From the IMG/VR virus record IMGVR_UViG_3300008111_000022: 64,000 nt of DNA. One strand, given 5' to 3'. The DNA is from an uncultured virus (IMG/VR IMGVR_UViG_3300008111_000022) (taxonomy: Duplodnaviria > Heunggongvirae > Uroviricota > Caudoviricetes). Position 1 is the first letter of the stretch. Each line of letters begins with the position of its first letter. Positions 36,244 to 46,774 of this stretch are shown here, piece by piece. The notes beneath the pieces were generated by a model that was not told where the DNA came from, made no database searches, and saw nothing but the letters and a program-made list of their open reading frames with translations. The position numbers and the translations under genes are program-made.

Positions 36244-36597
36244 TCACTTCCTCTTTTTGGTTTTCGGTGCTTGATAACCCCACAGTTTAGGATTGATTCT
36301 ACCATAACCAAAGTCAATACTCTTCAAATTCTCACGAAACTTATCCCAGTACATATCAAACAATTTAGATCTCGTACCTCTTGTGAGATCAAAACAAATA
36401 TTTTCTTCTACAAAATACTTGACAATATAAGCATCATTTGGTGCTTCTTTAGTGCAAACTTCAGCATACGAACCATTTTCAATCAGAACATCACACCCAT
36501 AACGTGCTTTGCAATTCTCTTTTTCTGCTGGTGTCCAATAATCCATATGCTTTTCCGTATTGTGGGGTTTTTCAACTACATCACGAACTTGACTCAT
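36244..36597 (-). CDS. hypothetical protein
   Basis: Start set at MSQVR (ATGA overlap with the upstream stop). Confidence 0.75.
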   Translation of the reverse strand: MSQVRDVVEKPHNTEKHMDYWTPAEKENCKARYGCDVLIENGSYAEVCTKEAPNDAYIVKYFVEENICFDLTRGTRSKLFDMYWDKFRENLKSIDFGYGRINPKLWGYQAPKTKKRK

Positions 36598-37193
36598 GAA
36601 CGACCTCCCCACCTAATTTGAGGAAATGCTTCTGAAACAATTTCTTTTGTAATTTTATATTTTTCTTGCAGTTTTTTGTCTTTAACCAGGCAAATAATTT
36701 CTGCTTCAAGAGGATGAAGACCTTGTAAAAGATTAATAAACATTGACTCACGCCGAATAGCACTCATACTATCGTTACCACCTTTGATAAAATGATAGAA
36801 GTGCTTGAACTCTTTACGAATTGTGGTTCTTGCTTGAGTATCAGATACTCCTAGAGAGAAAGAACCTGATTCATACATGGCACGAATCTCTTCTGTAATC
36901 TTAGTTGAAAGAGTTCCACTATGAACGGTCTGATCATCATAACTTGAATAAGGAACTGGTCCATCAGGAAGCATCGTGATGATAGATTCATCAAAATTCC
37001 AAATCAAAAGAGCCCGAATTGAATCGTGGTTATATTTCTGAAGTAATTCTACTTTCTTTTCTTTAGATCTTTGTTTTGAGATTAAATCAAAAATTTCAAA
37101 AGCAAGAGGATTATTGGGAAGTTCTACAATAGGAGTTTCTTTTACTGCCTTTGTTTTACTCGTCGTTGTCTTCTTCTGTGTCGTCGTAGTCAT
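36594..37193 (-). CDS. conserved T4-like hypothetical protein
   Basis: LIWNFD...LPDGPVPY...RRESMFINLLQGLHPLEAE..CLVKDK. Confidence 0.8.
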   Translation of the reverse strand: MTTTTQKKTTTSKTKAVKETPIVELPNNPLAFEIFDLISKQRSKEKKVELLQKYNHDSIRALLIWNFDESIITMLPDGPVPYSSYDDQTVHSGTLSTKITEEIRAMYESGSFSLGVSDTQARTTIRKEFKHFYHFIKGGNDSMSAIRRESMFINLLQGLHPLEAEIICLVKDKKLQEKYKITKEIVSEAFPQIRWGGRS

Positions 37194-37386
37194 GATAGTT
37201 CTCAAAATTAAATGCAATCACCTCATCTGGAATCAGGTTACCCTGGTTATCAAACATCTCGGGGTGAGGTCTTGGAATTTCCCGATAGTTCATCATATAT
37301 TCTCGTGCTACCCAACCCGCCATTACTCCCACTATAAGAAACAAAACGGTTAGAAAGGAACCGAAAACTAAACTAACTGCGAGCAT
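37156..37386 (-). CDS. small membrane protein
   Basis: N-terminal TM helix, HPEMFD.QGN motif, acidic tail. Confidence 0.7.
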   Translation of the reverse strand: MLAVSLVFGSFLTVLFLIVGVMAGWVAREYMMNYREIPRPHPEMFDNQGNLIPDEVIAFNFENYHDYDDTEEDNDE

Positions 37387-37621
37387 TTCTTTTACCTCGG
37401 GAAACTACTTTTCTTTTCCTGGACTTAAAGGAAAAATAGATGGTTACTTCCCGATTGAGAAAGCAAACCATCTTCTCAAAGATGAAGATGATGTGGAACG
37501 GTTGAGTCTGCTTTCTTTTGCCTCCATGAAGAATAAGTTCAACACCACGATTTCTATGGTTGGAATTATTTATGTCACTGTTTAATGATTTGTTGTTCTT
37601 TGAGGAATTTGATTGTGTCAA
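37373..37621 (-). CDS. hypothetical protein (start uncertain)
   Basis: NRGVELIL...FLNREVTIYF; fills the operon gap. Confidence 0.5.
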   Translation of the reverse strand: MTQSNSSKNNKSLNSDINNSNHRNRGVELILHGGKRKQTQPFHIIFIFEKMVCFLNREVTIYFSFKSRKRKVVSRGKRNARS

Positions 37622-37817
37622 CGGATCCTCCTAATTTTTTATCATCACAAATAACTTGTGGAAATGTAGAACCTTCACCAAATTCAGAATAAAATTCTTC
37701 TTTAGTAAAGTGTTCATTAAGATTATATACCACAAAGCTACTTCCTGTCAATTCCAATACTTGCTTAACTTTATAGCAATATGGACAATCTTCTTTTGAA
37801 TAGACTGTAAAATTCAT
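37575..37817 (-). CDS. nrdC: glutaredoxin
   Basis: CPYC, TFPQV, LGG. Confidence 0.92.
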   Translation of the reverse strand: MNFTVYSKEDCPYCYKVKQVLELTGSSFVVYNLNEHFTKEEFYSEFGEGSTFPQVICDDKKLGGSVDTIKFLKEQQIIKQ

Positions 37818-37850
37818 AATTTTTTGACGACTTATATTAATTTATAAGAG

Positions 37851-37875
37851 AAAAAAGGAGGGTTTAAACCCTCCT
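37851..37875 (-). terminator. intrinsic terminator
   Basis: AGGAGGG-TTTAAA-CCCTCCT-TTTTT. Confidence 0.85.
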
Positions 37876-37947
37876 ACTAACCACCAACTCACCTCTCCCA
37901 CCACAGAGAGGGTCTTCATTCCCAAAGATACAAGGATGTTGAAGACT
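37851..37947 (-). ncRNA. candidate stand-alone small RNA (~95-100 nt)
   Basis: Lies between a consensus promoter and an intrinsic terminator; two hairpins; no credible ORF. Confidence 0.65.
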
Positions 37948-37952
37948 TGATT

Positions 37953-37981
37953 ATTATAAAGGGTTTTATTGTGGTTGTCAA
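37953..37981 (-). promoter_or_regulatory. sigma70-type promoter
   Basis: TTGACA-N17-TATAAT, exact consensus. Confidence 0.88.
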
Positions 37982-38175
37982 CCCTCTTCCGAAGATTCGG
38001 GAGTAATATCAGGCACTGGATGAGTGATAGTTATTTCTATTTTATGTTCTGGTCCATGCTCTTCTAACATTTGTGTCACTTGTTCGATTGTATAACCAGT
38101 ATCATTTGCTGGGTCTGCAGTCAAATGATAAACATGCATCAAAGGCATGGTAAGTGTTTCAGTTCTTGTTGCCAT
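37978..38175 (-). CDS. hypothetical protein
   Basis: 65 aa, last gene of the glycosyltransferase run; GGAGG RBS. Confidence 0.65.
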   Translation of the reverse strand: MATRTETLTMPLMHVYHLTADPANDTGYTIEQVTQMLEEHGPEHKIEITITHPVPDITPESSEEG

Positions 38176-38176
38176 T

Positions 38177-39205
38177 TTAATTTTTCCTCCAAAGTTCTTT
38201 TGAAAACTGGACCCAATCTTCTATTCGGGTATCCCAGCTGTACTGTTTATTTATTACTTCAACTTGATATTGTGAATCAAATTGACCAGTTCGGTATTCC
38301 GTAAGTGTTCTTTTTAGTTCTCTAGTAAATCTTTCAATATGTTTTTTTCTGTCTGGAATAAACCCATAATGACGAGAAAATCCCATTCCAGTTTCTGGAA
38401 GAGCACCAAGATTACTGGTGAGAACAGAACATCCAGCAGAAAGTGCTTCGATCATGCAAATGCATGATGTTTCTAGAAAATAAGTTGGGTACGCAAAGAT
38501 ATGCGTATTCATAAGTTGCTCTCTAATTTTTGAGTTATTTGTTCTAGTGTGGCGAACAACTCTTTTATCAGCATTGGCAAGTCTTAAACAATAACGAAGA
38601 AACTCTTCCTCTTGAGGAAGAACATGAGAATACTCATAAGTCTGAAGTCCTTGCTGATATTGTTTTTTACGTTCATCTGGATCAAGTTCATGAAAAATAT
38701 GAAGTTCAAAATCTTCCTCTGGAATAAGTTTAATTGATTCAAGAAGAATATCTAAACCACGAATTGGATTCGGATGAAATATTAACTGCAATTTACCATC
38801 GGGTTTTTTGTGAGGTTCAAAAGGTTTAATCGCATTTTTCAAAACATAACATTTTTCCATTGGCATTTTGAAAGCTTCCATGAACCTTTCATATTGCCAA
38901 TTAGAAACGAAGACAAATGCTTTGAAATATTTTACAAATTGAGGATCCATTAGATTCTCAAGATCTTGCTCTACATGATGAGGATGCAACCAGACAATAT
39001 TTGAATTGTCTGGTGCGATTACATTATCTCCAGGTATGACACACCAATGCCAATCAGCAAGATCTGGTGCTGCTGGAAGAACAAGGTCTTGCCATGCACG
39101 ACCCATGATTTCTGTCCCACCAACCCCATCAGGGTTGAGCACTGCCTCAAGAAGAGGTGGCATATTGTTATGCAGATATTCTGGTTTTGTATTAACTTCA
39201 GTCAT
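38177..39205 (-). CDS. glycosyltransferase (GT-B, GT4-like)
   Basis: GGTE, FVFVSNWQ, RGLDIL, FAYPTYFLETSCI..IEA..AG......GALPET. Confidence 0.88.
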   Translation of the reverse strand: MTEVNTKPEYLHNNMPPLLEAVLNPDGVGGTEIMGRAWQDLVLPAAPDLADWHWCVIPGDNVIAPDNSNIVWLHPHHVEQDLENLMDPQFVKYFKAFVFVSNWQYERFMEAFKMPMEKCYVLKNAIKPFEPHKKPDGKLQLIFHPNPIRGLDILLESIKLIPEEDFELHIFHELDPDERKKQYQQGLQTYEYSHVLPQEEEFLRYCLRLANADKRVVRHTRTNNSKIREQLMNTHIFAYPTYFLETSCICMIEALSAGCSVLTSNLGALPETGMGFSRHYGFIPDRKKHIERFTRELKRTLTEYRTGQFDSQYQVEVINKQYSWDTRIEDWVQFSKELWRKN

Positions 39206-40044
39206 AGTACCTCCTCAATAAATTTAGACATTGGCGATTTCTTAAAGATTTCAAGACCCCTTTCTGCCTGAGCATCAAGTTCTTCTGGTTTTTTAAGAAG
39301 TTTGTATGCTGTATCAACAAAACGATTGTAAGTTGATGTAAATACTGTACCCTCCATGTACTCAGGGAAATCAGTGTCATGATTTCTTTCAGAAAGAACG
39401 GGAACTTTATTTTGAATAAGATGTGTCACTCTTACCATCTCAAAGATTTGATTATCCATATTATGGAGATTGATAACTAACTTTGCTCTTTTAATAAGTT
39501 CATCTCTTTCATCTCCATAGGTACTTTGAATATGCATAAAATTTATTTTTTTATTTGATGCAAATTGATCTAAAATATGAGTTCTTCTTGGAGTTGGACA
39601 CCCATAAAAAAGAATGTCAATATCACGATCTTCTGGTTTGTTTCTTTCAAAGTAGGAAATTTCAGGAACGTAACCGATCTTACAGTGCTTAATATTTTCT
39701 ACACCTACTTTACGTAATATCTCAACATTTCGCATTGAATAATCCCACACTTCAAGACCACGATATTTGCGGCACCAACGTAAACATTCTGGTCCGTCTT
39801 TCATCTGTTCAAGAGAATAGACGATTGTATCTTTTGGAATATCATGCCTCACCACATCTACTGGACAGTGGTGCATTCCAAAGACAATATTTTTCTTATC
39901 GGTAGCAAAATCATTTACACTATTTGTAACATCATGTCCCAACTCTTGTAAAGAAAAGAACATTGCTGCTTCAATCTCATGAAAGACTTGAGAGTGAACA
40001 TAAAAACCATTATCAGGTACAATTCTTACTAAATTAAATTTCAT
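39202..40044 (-). CDS. glycosyltransferase-like protein (GT-B C-terminal type)
   Basis: VWDYS..N, DIDILFYG...PRR, RAKLVINLH, FEMVRV..L......VLSE. Confidence 0.7.
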   Translation of the reverse strand: MKFNLVRIVPDNGFYVHSQVFHEIEAAMFFSLQELGHDVTNSVNDFATDKKNIVFGMHHCPVDVVRHDIPKDTIVYSLEQMKDGPECLRWCRKYRGLEVWDYSMRNVEILRKVGVENIKHCKIGYVPEISYFERNKPEDRDIDILFYGCPTPRRTHILDQFASNKKINFMHIQSTYGDERDELIKRAKLVINLHNMDNQIFEMVRVTHLIQNKVPVLSERNHDTDFPEYMEGTVFTSTYNRFVDTAYKLLKKPEELDAQAERGLEIFKKSPMSKFIEEVL

Positions 40045-41461
40045 GAATAAACTCTCCAAAATTCTTTTTAATTTCATCAATTAAATTTATATCCGCACAA
40101 ATAACACCCAATCCATTACAATGACCAAAATTTGTTTTTGGTATATTGATTTCTTTAAAAAACTCACCTACACCAAAATCTTTGACCATAGTATCATGCA
40201 TTATTATTATGCCATTTTTCTTTACAAATTTTGTCCATTTTTCAAAATCATTTTTAACTGCTTCATAAGTATGCAGTCCATCAATATGAAGGACATCAAT
40301 TTGCTTATCCCAGTTTTTAACTACATCATCAAAGAATCCTTTAATAAAAGTAATATTATTCAGTTCAAGTTCTTTTTGCTTCTCTAAAACATAATCATAG
40401 GTATTTCTAATTCCCGCATGTTGATCTCCTTCAAAACTATCAATACCATAAATGTGTCCAATCTCTGGAAGTGCGAAGCAAAATGTAGAATAACCATAAT
40501 CAACACCTAAGTCTACCACAACTTCTGGTTGAACTCTACGAATTAACCAGTCAGCAAAAAGTCTGTGATCTCTCCAGTTAAAATTGCCCATAGAACCAAT
40601 TTCTGTGAGAGTATGAACTTTGCTATATCGACGATTTTCTTCATCACTCTTTATACTTTCATCATACATCTCTCTCGGATAATAAATGAAATATCTTTCC
40701 AGACCTTGATTATCATACTGATGATGACGACGATAATGAAAGCAATGTTGTTTTGGAATACCAGTTGCCATCCAAAGTTCAAAACAATAACGATAGTTTT
40801 GTAGCTCTCTCATCATTGCTTCAACATCCATGTACTCTTCAATCTTAAGTGGATGCTTCAGTTTGCGGATGTAATCATTTCGTGCCCACCAGAAGTTTCC
40901 TGCATAGTGTTGAACAACAAAATCAAGTTTAATATCGTGCCGTTCTACCCAATCAACACCACAACAATCATATCCCTCATCTAATTTAGCAATACAGTCC
41001 TCCCACTTTTCAATGTTGTAATACTGCATATAGTGTCTCCAGTCCTTAATCGCACCAGGAATATGGGTTGAATAAGAAACCATTCCTTTATTATGGAAGT
41101 AAAAAACATATCCATCATCTTCTTGGCAGTGATCATAAATTTTTGCAAGAGTCTGACCCTCATAAAAATTTGGTTGTTCACCTACAGACCTCATATCAAT
41201 AATATTAACAAATGGATATCTATCTTTTATATAACCAGTTACCATCTGGTCATAGGAATGTCCAGTTTTAGAATTATAAAGACCTAAAGGTAGAGTAATA
41301 CACATATTAATGATTGCCTTCTCAGAAAGACCAACCGTTTTTAGTAAACTCATTTGTTCATCAACCCACCAGATCCACATATTATTAGTGTCTGGTATAT
41401 AAAGATGGTAAAATACCGTGATAGTTTTTGGTATCTGCTTTTCGTTCTTATAATTTAACAT
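40034..41461 (-). CDS. putative glycosyltransferase fused to class I SAM methyltransferase
   Basis: N-terminal YFHNKG...HYAGNFWWA...ELW; C-terminal VDLGVDYGYS...GIDSF...LHIDGLHTYEAV..D...HD. Confidence 0.8.
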   Translation of the reverse strand: MLNYKNEKQIPKTITVFYHLYIPDTNNMWIWWVDEQMSLLKTVGLSEKAIINMCITLPLGLYNSKTGHSYDQMVTGYIKDRYPFVNIIDMRSVGEQPNFYEGQTLAKIYDHCQEDDGYVFYFHNKGMVSYSTHIPGAIKDWRHYMQYYNIEKWEDCIAKLDEGYDCCGVDWVERHDIKLDFVVQHYAGNFWWARNDYIRKLKHPLKIEEYMDVEAMMRELQNYRYCFELWMATGIPKQHCFHYRRHHQYDNQGLERYFIYYPREMYDESIKSDEENRRYSKVHTLTEIGSMGNFNWRDHRLFADWLIRRVQPEVVVDLGVDYGYSTFCFALPEIGHIYGIDSFEGDQHAGIRNTYDYVLEKQKELELNNITFIKGFFDDVVKNWDKQIDVLHIDGLHTYEAVKNDFEKWTKFVKKNGIIIMHDTMVKDFGVGEFFKEINIPKTNFGHCNGLGVICADINLIDEIKKNFGEFIHEI

Positions 41462-42147
41462 ACAATAGCACTCTTAACGTGACCAACAATTACTGAAGGA
41501 TCTACATAAACATTATAACCACTTTCGGTTACTCTTTCACAAAAATATAAATCTTCTCCTAGTGGAAGTTCATAATTAACACCATCAACCTCTTGAATAA
41601 CTTTTCCAAGTCCAAACCAAGGTCTTTTAAGTGATTCGAAAACACCAAATTTTACACACATGAAACCCAATCCAACACCATAGACTGGTATTGGAGTTTC
41701 ATTTTTTTGCAATTCTTTTAATTCTTCTCTTGTCATTGGTCGAAAATCATTCTTTTTACGATGGACCATAGCATCCATTCCTCTAGATTCAAAATATATT
41801 CCAGAAATTAAATCTTTATCCGAAACAAGAAGTTTTAAAAAATGTTCTGGATTCCAAACGATATCACTATCAATCATAAAAAGTTTATCGTAAGTGTATA
41901 GATGCTTTCCAGGAGAAGAATTGAAAACTTCTAAGTTACGACTTCCAGTGATAGTAGCCTCTCTTGCATTTGTAACTAGAGAGGCGTGTTCACTTTGATA
42001 AAACCAAGAAATTTTATTTTCTTGAAGGGTTTGAATTGTTGCCATTAAACATTTTACATATTCGGCACACATTTTATCCCCAGGTGTTGTAATAACCACA
42101 TTATAATGTGGTTTCTGTTGCTTTACTTGATTAGAATAATTTAACAT
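41455..42147 (-). CDS. glycosyltransferase (GT-A)
   Basis: FMIDSDI (DxD), GLGFM, PWF, GEDLYFC, VGHVK. Confidence 0.8.
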   Translation of the reverse strand: MLNYSNQVKQQKPHYNVVITTPGDKMCAEYVKCLMATIQTLQENKISWFYQSEHASLVTNAREATITGSRNLEVFNSSPGKHLYTYDKLFMIDSDIVWNPEHFLKLLVSDKDLISGIYFESRGMDAMVHRKKNDFRPMTREELKELQKNETPIPVYGVGLGFMCVKFGVFESLKRPWFGLGKVIQEVDGVNYELPLGEDLYFCERVTESGYNVYVDPSVIVGHVKSAIVC

Positions 42148-42151
42148 GTTT

Positions 42152-42871
42152 TTAAATAATTATCATTTTTTGATGTCCAACACGTACTTTTGGATTAACC
42201 CAAATATCAAATCCGTGCTTTCTAAATTCTTCACACATAGAAATGTCCTCAGACCCAACATCTTGTAAAATTACACCATCTGGTCTTTTTAATTCAACAA
42301 CACGAGGAACAAACCAAGGATAAGGAATTTTTTCATATACACCTTTTTTAATTAAAATCCAACCAAATCCACAATAATCAACCTTAAAGGGTTCGGATCG
42401 TCTTGCCATATCTTCTGCTGTTTCATATCTATTTGATCCTTTTTCGTAAAGTTCTTGATCATCTTCATGCTCTACAACGGTCGTTTTATTAGTTACTAAT
42501 CCACCATTTGACTGCAAATACCATCCAGAAGCAACATCTTTATTCATTTTGATAAGTTCAAGAAGGTCCTCTGTTGTAAAAATAATATCACTATCGATCC
42601 ACATAATATAGTCATATGGAATTTTTCCCCTAAAAGGCGTTAACATTGTTCCAGCATAATTATCTGCTTCCAGACAATCACTCCTTGCATGATTGACCAT
42701 TGAGCTATATTTTTGAGAAATATAAAAATTAATACCCAATTGATTTAGATCAAAAATTAATTTTATAAATTGCGTCATGAAAGTTCCAGAGTACATTAGA
42801 CCTGGAAGACAAAATGCTATTGTCTTTCCTTTCAAACTATTATTCGATTGATTTGTATAATTTAGAGGCAT
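42152..42871 (-). CDS. glycosyltransferase (GT-A)
   Basis: MWIDSDI, GFGWILIK, PWF, SEDISMC, VGHQK. Confidence 0.82.
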   Translation of the reverse strand: MPLNYTNQSNNSLKGKTIAFCLPGLMYSGTFMTQFIKLIFDLNQLGINFYISQKYSSMVNHARSDCLEADNYAGTMLTPFRGKIPYDYIMWIDSDIIFTTEDLLELIKMNKDVASGWYLQSNGGLVTNKTTVVEHEDDQELYEKGSNRYETAEDMARRSEPFKVDYCGFGWILIKKGVYEKIPYPWFVPRVVELKRPDGVILQDVGSEDISMCEEFRKHGFDIWVNPKVRVGHQKMIII

Positions 42872-42917
42872 ACAATAAAGTCAATATAGAATTCATTATA
42901 ACATAGTTATACAAGTT

Positions 42918-45900
42918 TTACCACCATGTAATTCGAATATATCCATCACCACCATTACCACCGAGTCCAAAAAAATCTTCCTCAGGTGCATAACCTCCGC
43001 CACCACCTCCGCCGCCTCCAGTGCCGCTTCCACCATTTCCTGCACCATAGGCAGGTGATGTGTCTGCAAATGAATAAAAACCAGATAATCCAACCGCATA
43101 TAATTTATTATTAGCCATTGCAGTATCCATTATGTCATTAAAAGTATTATTCCAAATTCCTCTCCAAACAATCAAATCTGTAGAGACTCTCAATACTCCC
43201 GAAGCCGCAGTAAGAGCATAATATCCACTCATATAATTAATAGAATATATTGGCTGTACTGTTGCTGCAGTTCTAAGTTGCCAATGTATAGTATCAGTTG
43301 AAGATGCTAAAAATCCATTACCACCTCCAGTTATAAAAATATTACTAGACTCATTAATAACCAAAGATCTCAATTCATTCGTGGTAGGAATTCCTGAAGT
43401 TCTCAGTACCCAATGAATTGCATCACTAGAAACAGACACTCTGGCGGCAGTGCCAGCAGTGATATATCTATGAGCAGTGCCTACAGATGCCCGAACTTTA
43501 TAGTATGGGGGAGTATGTGCGCCAGTTCTTAAAGTCCAATGAATCGTATCTGTTGATGATGCCAGACGATTTGAACCAGTGAGTGCTGCAACCCATTTTT
43601 CTGTTACCAAATTATTGTAAGCTACAGAATAGATGATCAGACCAGCCGAGGGAACTGTTCTTACACTCCAATTTACTCCAGAATTAGTAGATACTGCAAG
43701 ACCACCAGCATTATTAAATGCCACTATATCAAAAGGTGCTCCTGCTGGAGGCGCATATAATAAAACGTCTCCGCCGCCAAAGACATAGGTAAGAGTCCAA
43801 TCTGAACTTTGAACAGGTGAAGAATTAACAGCATAATAATATCCCCCATTAATACTACCAACAAAGTATCTTCCCGAAGTATTAGATATCTCAATAGAAC
43901 CATGACTATTGAAACTTAACGTTCTTGTATGCCAAGTATGAGGTCCTCTAGACTCTGCTCCGCCGCCACCTCCTCCACTACCAATATACATTACAGATGA
44001 TAATGAGATCGCTGATGGTGCATTTAATGTTTGGGATAACTGCGCTTTTTGATTTATAGATAGATCAGCAGTTCCACCAAGACTAACACGACTAGTTTGA
44101 TCATTATATGCTATTATACCAGCAGATCCACCTCTAGCAGATCCCCATCCACCACCCGCACCACCAGTTGATATATAAGAAAATGTACCAGCAATATTAC
44201 TACCAGCACCGGCACTAGAACTTGGACTAACTCCACCTTGACCACTTCTTGAAATTAAAAATCCTTTTTTTCCTGTAGGAGTAATGATTGCTCCAGCTCC
44301 TCCTCCGCCAGCTGCCGCAACACCACCAGATCCAGATGTTATAATAATTGATGCAGTGGTTGTTCCTAATTGAGAATGCTTATATACAAAATTTATCGAG
44401 GTATTACCACCAGATCCACCATTGCCATTGATACCACCAACAGCTGCAATTGTGGTTCCATCCGAATCAATTGATGTAATTGATTTAGTTGCAAATAATG
44501 CAGTTCTATTAGACCAGTGAATTGTATCTGTTGAAGTAGCCAATTGCCCTAGACTATTTCCTGCAATATAAAGATTTGAACTAATAGAATTTACAATATT
44601 AGTAACGCCAGTAAATCCAGGAACAGTTCTTAAAGACCATTGAATTCCATCTGTAGAAACTATGAATTGATTAGTAGTTTGTGTAAAAGATGCAAAATAT
44701 TTAAATGCAGATGTAAAAGAACTGGCGGTAATATTATTAATAGTATTAATAGTTCCGGATGTTCTTGCAGTCCAGTGAATTGCATCAGTTGAAGATCGTA
44801 TAAGACTTGAATTTCCTAAAATAAAGAGAGAATCTTTAAAAGCAAGAAATGTACTATTAACACCGATAGATGCACCTACAGTTCTATTAGTCCAGTGAAT
44901 TGTGTTCGTCGAAGTAACATATCCACCAGAAGTAGTAGCGACCAGATATACTGTTCCTGTTGTATTTGTACCCTCAGATATAGAAGTAACATTGCCAGAA
45001 ACATTTGATCCAAGAGTTCTTAAAGACCATTGAATTCCATTTGTGGAGGTAGCAAGATGTCTATTTAGAAATGACGTACTTAGCATAGATATTGAACTCA
45101 ATTTTGAATTAAAAACCTTACTGACTTCATTACCTGCTAAAGTTCTTAAGGACCAATTAATACCATTTGTGGATGTAATTGGACCAAAGGGTCCACCAAT
45201 GATAAATTTCATATTAGAACTATATGAAATGGCAGAAAGTGTTGCACTATTAGTCGCAAGACCAGATCTTCCTTGAGTCCAAATGATACCATCTGTGCTG
45301 ATGGATACACCTCGATTATTGCCACCCACACCACCAGATCCAACAGTTAGATTTAACCAATCCAATCCATATAAATCACGATCTATAATATAAGATTCAT
45401 AAGCACCCGAACCGCCGCCAGCACCAGCATAAGATCCAAAGAAAGAAGCCCCAACTGATGCAGATGCACCACCACCTCCTGCACCCATTGCTTCAATATA
45501 CAAAGTAGAAGCTGATCGTGGAATATTAAATGTATATGAACCAGGTATATCATAAAGCACTGAACCTCTTGCACTTTCCGTAGTTCCTTTTTTAGGAACC
45601 CATTTTTTAGAAGCTATATTAGAAGTTACAATTTTTCCGGTTTGTAAAGGTGTACTACTACCATTTAAAAGTAGAATGTTTTTACTATTTGAATAATGTA
45701 AATCAGAAAAATAAGTAAAAGTTCCTATATTAATAGTTGTTTTCAAACCCCAATGAATTGTATCTGTTGAACTATGTACAGATGTTGTATTAAAACTCGA
45801 TAGAGCAAAAGCCTGATTGTTAGCACTAACAACGTCAACAAAACTACTAGAACTAGGTATACCACCAGTTCTCATTACCCAATTAATTGTGTCAGTTGAT

Positions 45901-46748
45901 ACTATAACAGAACCAATAGTACCGACAAGTAAGTATAAATTATCGACATACGTTTGGTCATAATAGATATAATCTGTTGGAATAGTTCTAAGTTCCCAAT
46001 GAATTGAATTAGTGGAAACTGAAACTCTACCAACATTACCAATATCATTTTCTTCTGTTGTCATTATATAAAGGCTATTTACATAATTAATACTTCTAAT
46101 AGTAGAATTTGCTGAGAAAGCAGCACTTGATCTAGATTGCCAAAAAATTCCATTGGTAGATGTTACATACGCATTTAGTGGTCCAAATAAATGGTGAGAT
46201 CCATTAAGATATGAGTAATCATAATAATAGTAATTTATACTAGGTGGAGGTTGTAAAGTTCTTAAAGTCCAATGAATTGTATCTGTTGAAGTTACTGCAA
46301 AATTTCCACCACTAACGGTATATCTACCAGTTGCAACATATACTCCACCACCAGCTCCAACGACGTAAACACCTTGAACTATTGTGGGGTCAACACCAGG
46401 ATATCCTGGGACTGGATCAGATGGAAAAGGTAAGGTGCGTATAGACCAAGTAATTGCATCAGTAGAAGCTAATAATAATCCAGAAAGAGAGTATACACCC
46501 AAATCCTGTTGCAAATATCCAGTGATAAAATAATCATTGGTAGATGCAATATTTGCAACATCTGTAAAACGTGGAGGAATCGTTCTTATTATCCATTGTT
46601 CTCCATCATAATTTGTGACGGATAAAACCAATTCTGAACCACTGGGATTCGGATAAGAGTTATTATCCAAATATGCTTTATTGACAGCATCATCTGGATT
46701 ATCTACTACATATACTTCTGTGACTTTATTAGAATCTAGTCTAGCCAT
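42918..46748 (-). CDS. fibre/adhesin-like protein with Asp-box-like STDxIxWxLRT repeats and Gly-rich domain
   Basis: 1276 aa; DAVNKAYLD; many repeats; ends GGDGYIRITWW. Confidence 0.8.
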   Translation of the reverse strand: MARLDSNKVTEVYVVDNPDDAVNKAYLDNNSYPNPSGSELVLSVTNYDGEQWIIRTIPPRFTDVANIASTNDYFITGYLQQDLGVYSLSGLLLASTDAITWSIRTLPFPSDPVPGYPGVDPTIVQGVYVVGAGGGVYVATGRYTVSGGNFAVTSTDTIHWTLRTLQPPPSINYYYYDYSYLNGSHHLFGPLNAYVTSTNGIFWQSRSSAAFSANSTIRSINYVNSLYIMTTEENDIGNVGRVSVSTNSIHWELRTIPTDYIYYDQTYVDNLYLLVGTIGSVIVSTDTINWVMRTGGIPSSSSFVDVVSANNQAFALSSFNTTSVHSSTDTIHWGLKTTINIGTFTYFSDLHYSNSKNILLLNGSSTPLQTGKIVTSNIASKKWVPKKGTTESARGSVLYDIPGSYTFNIPRSASTLYIEAMGAGGGGASASVGASFFGSYAGAGGGSGAYESYIIDRDLYGLDWLNLTVGSGGVGGNNRGVSISTDGIIWTQGRSGLATNSATLSAISYSSNMKFIIGGPFGPITSTNGINWSLRTLAGNEVSKVFNSKLSSISMLSTSFLNRHLATSTNGIQWSLRTLGSNVSGNVTSISEGTNTTGTVYLVATTSGGYVTSTNTIHWTNRTVGASIGVNSTFLAFKDSLFILGNSSLIRSSTDAIHWTARTSGTINTINNITASSFTSAFKYFASFTQTTNQFIVSTDGIQWSLRTVPGFTGVTNIVNSISSNLYIAGNSLGQLATSTDTIHWSNRTALFATKSITSIDSDGTTIAAVGGINGNGGSGGNTSINFVYKHSQLGTTTASIIITSGSGGVAAAGGGGAGAIITPTGKKGFLISRSGQGGVSPSSSAGAGSNIAGTFSYISTGGAGGGWGSARGGSAGIIAYNDQTSRVSLGGTADLSINQKAQLSQTLNAPSAISLSSVMYIGSGGGGGGAESRGPHTWHTRTLSFNSHGSIEISNTSGRYFVGSINGGYYYAVNSSPVQSSDWTLTYVFGGGDVLLYAPPAGAPFDIVAFNNAGGLAVSTNSGVNWSVRTVPSAGLIIYSVAYNNLVTEKWVAALTGSNRLASSTDTIHWTLRTGAHTPPYYKVRASVGTAHRYITAGTAARVSVSSDAIHWVLRTSGIPTTNELRSLVINESSNIFITGGGNGFLASSTDTIHWQLRTAATVQPIYSINYMSGYYALTAASGVLRVSTDLIVWRGIWNNTFNDIMDTAMANNKLYAVGLSGFYSFADTSPAYGAGNGGSGTGGGGGGGGGYAPEEDFFGLGGNGGDGYIRITWW

Positions 46749-46774
46749 TTATGTTTATCCATATAAAATATTTA

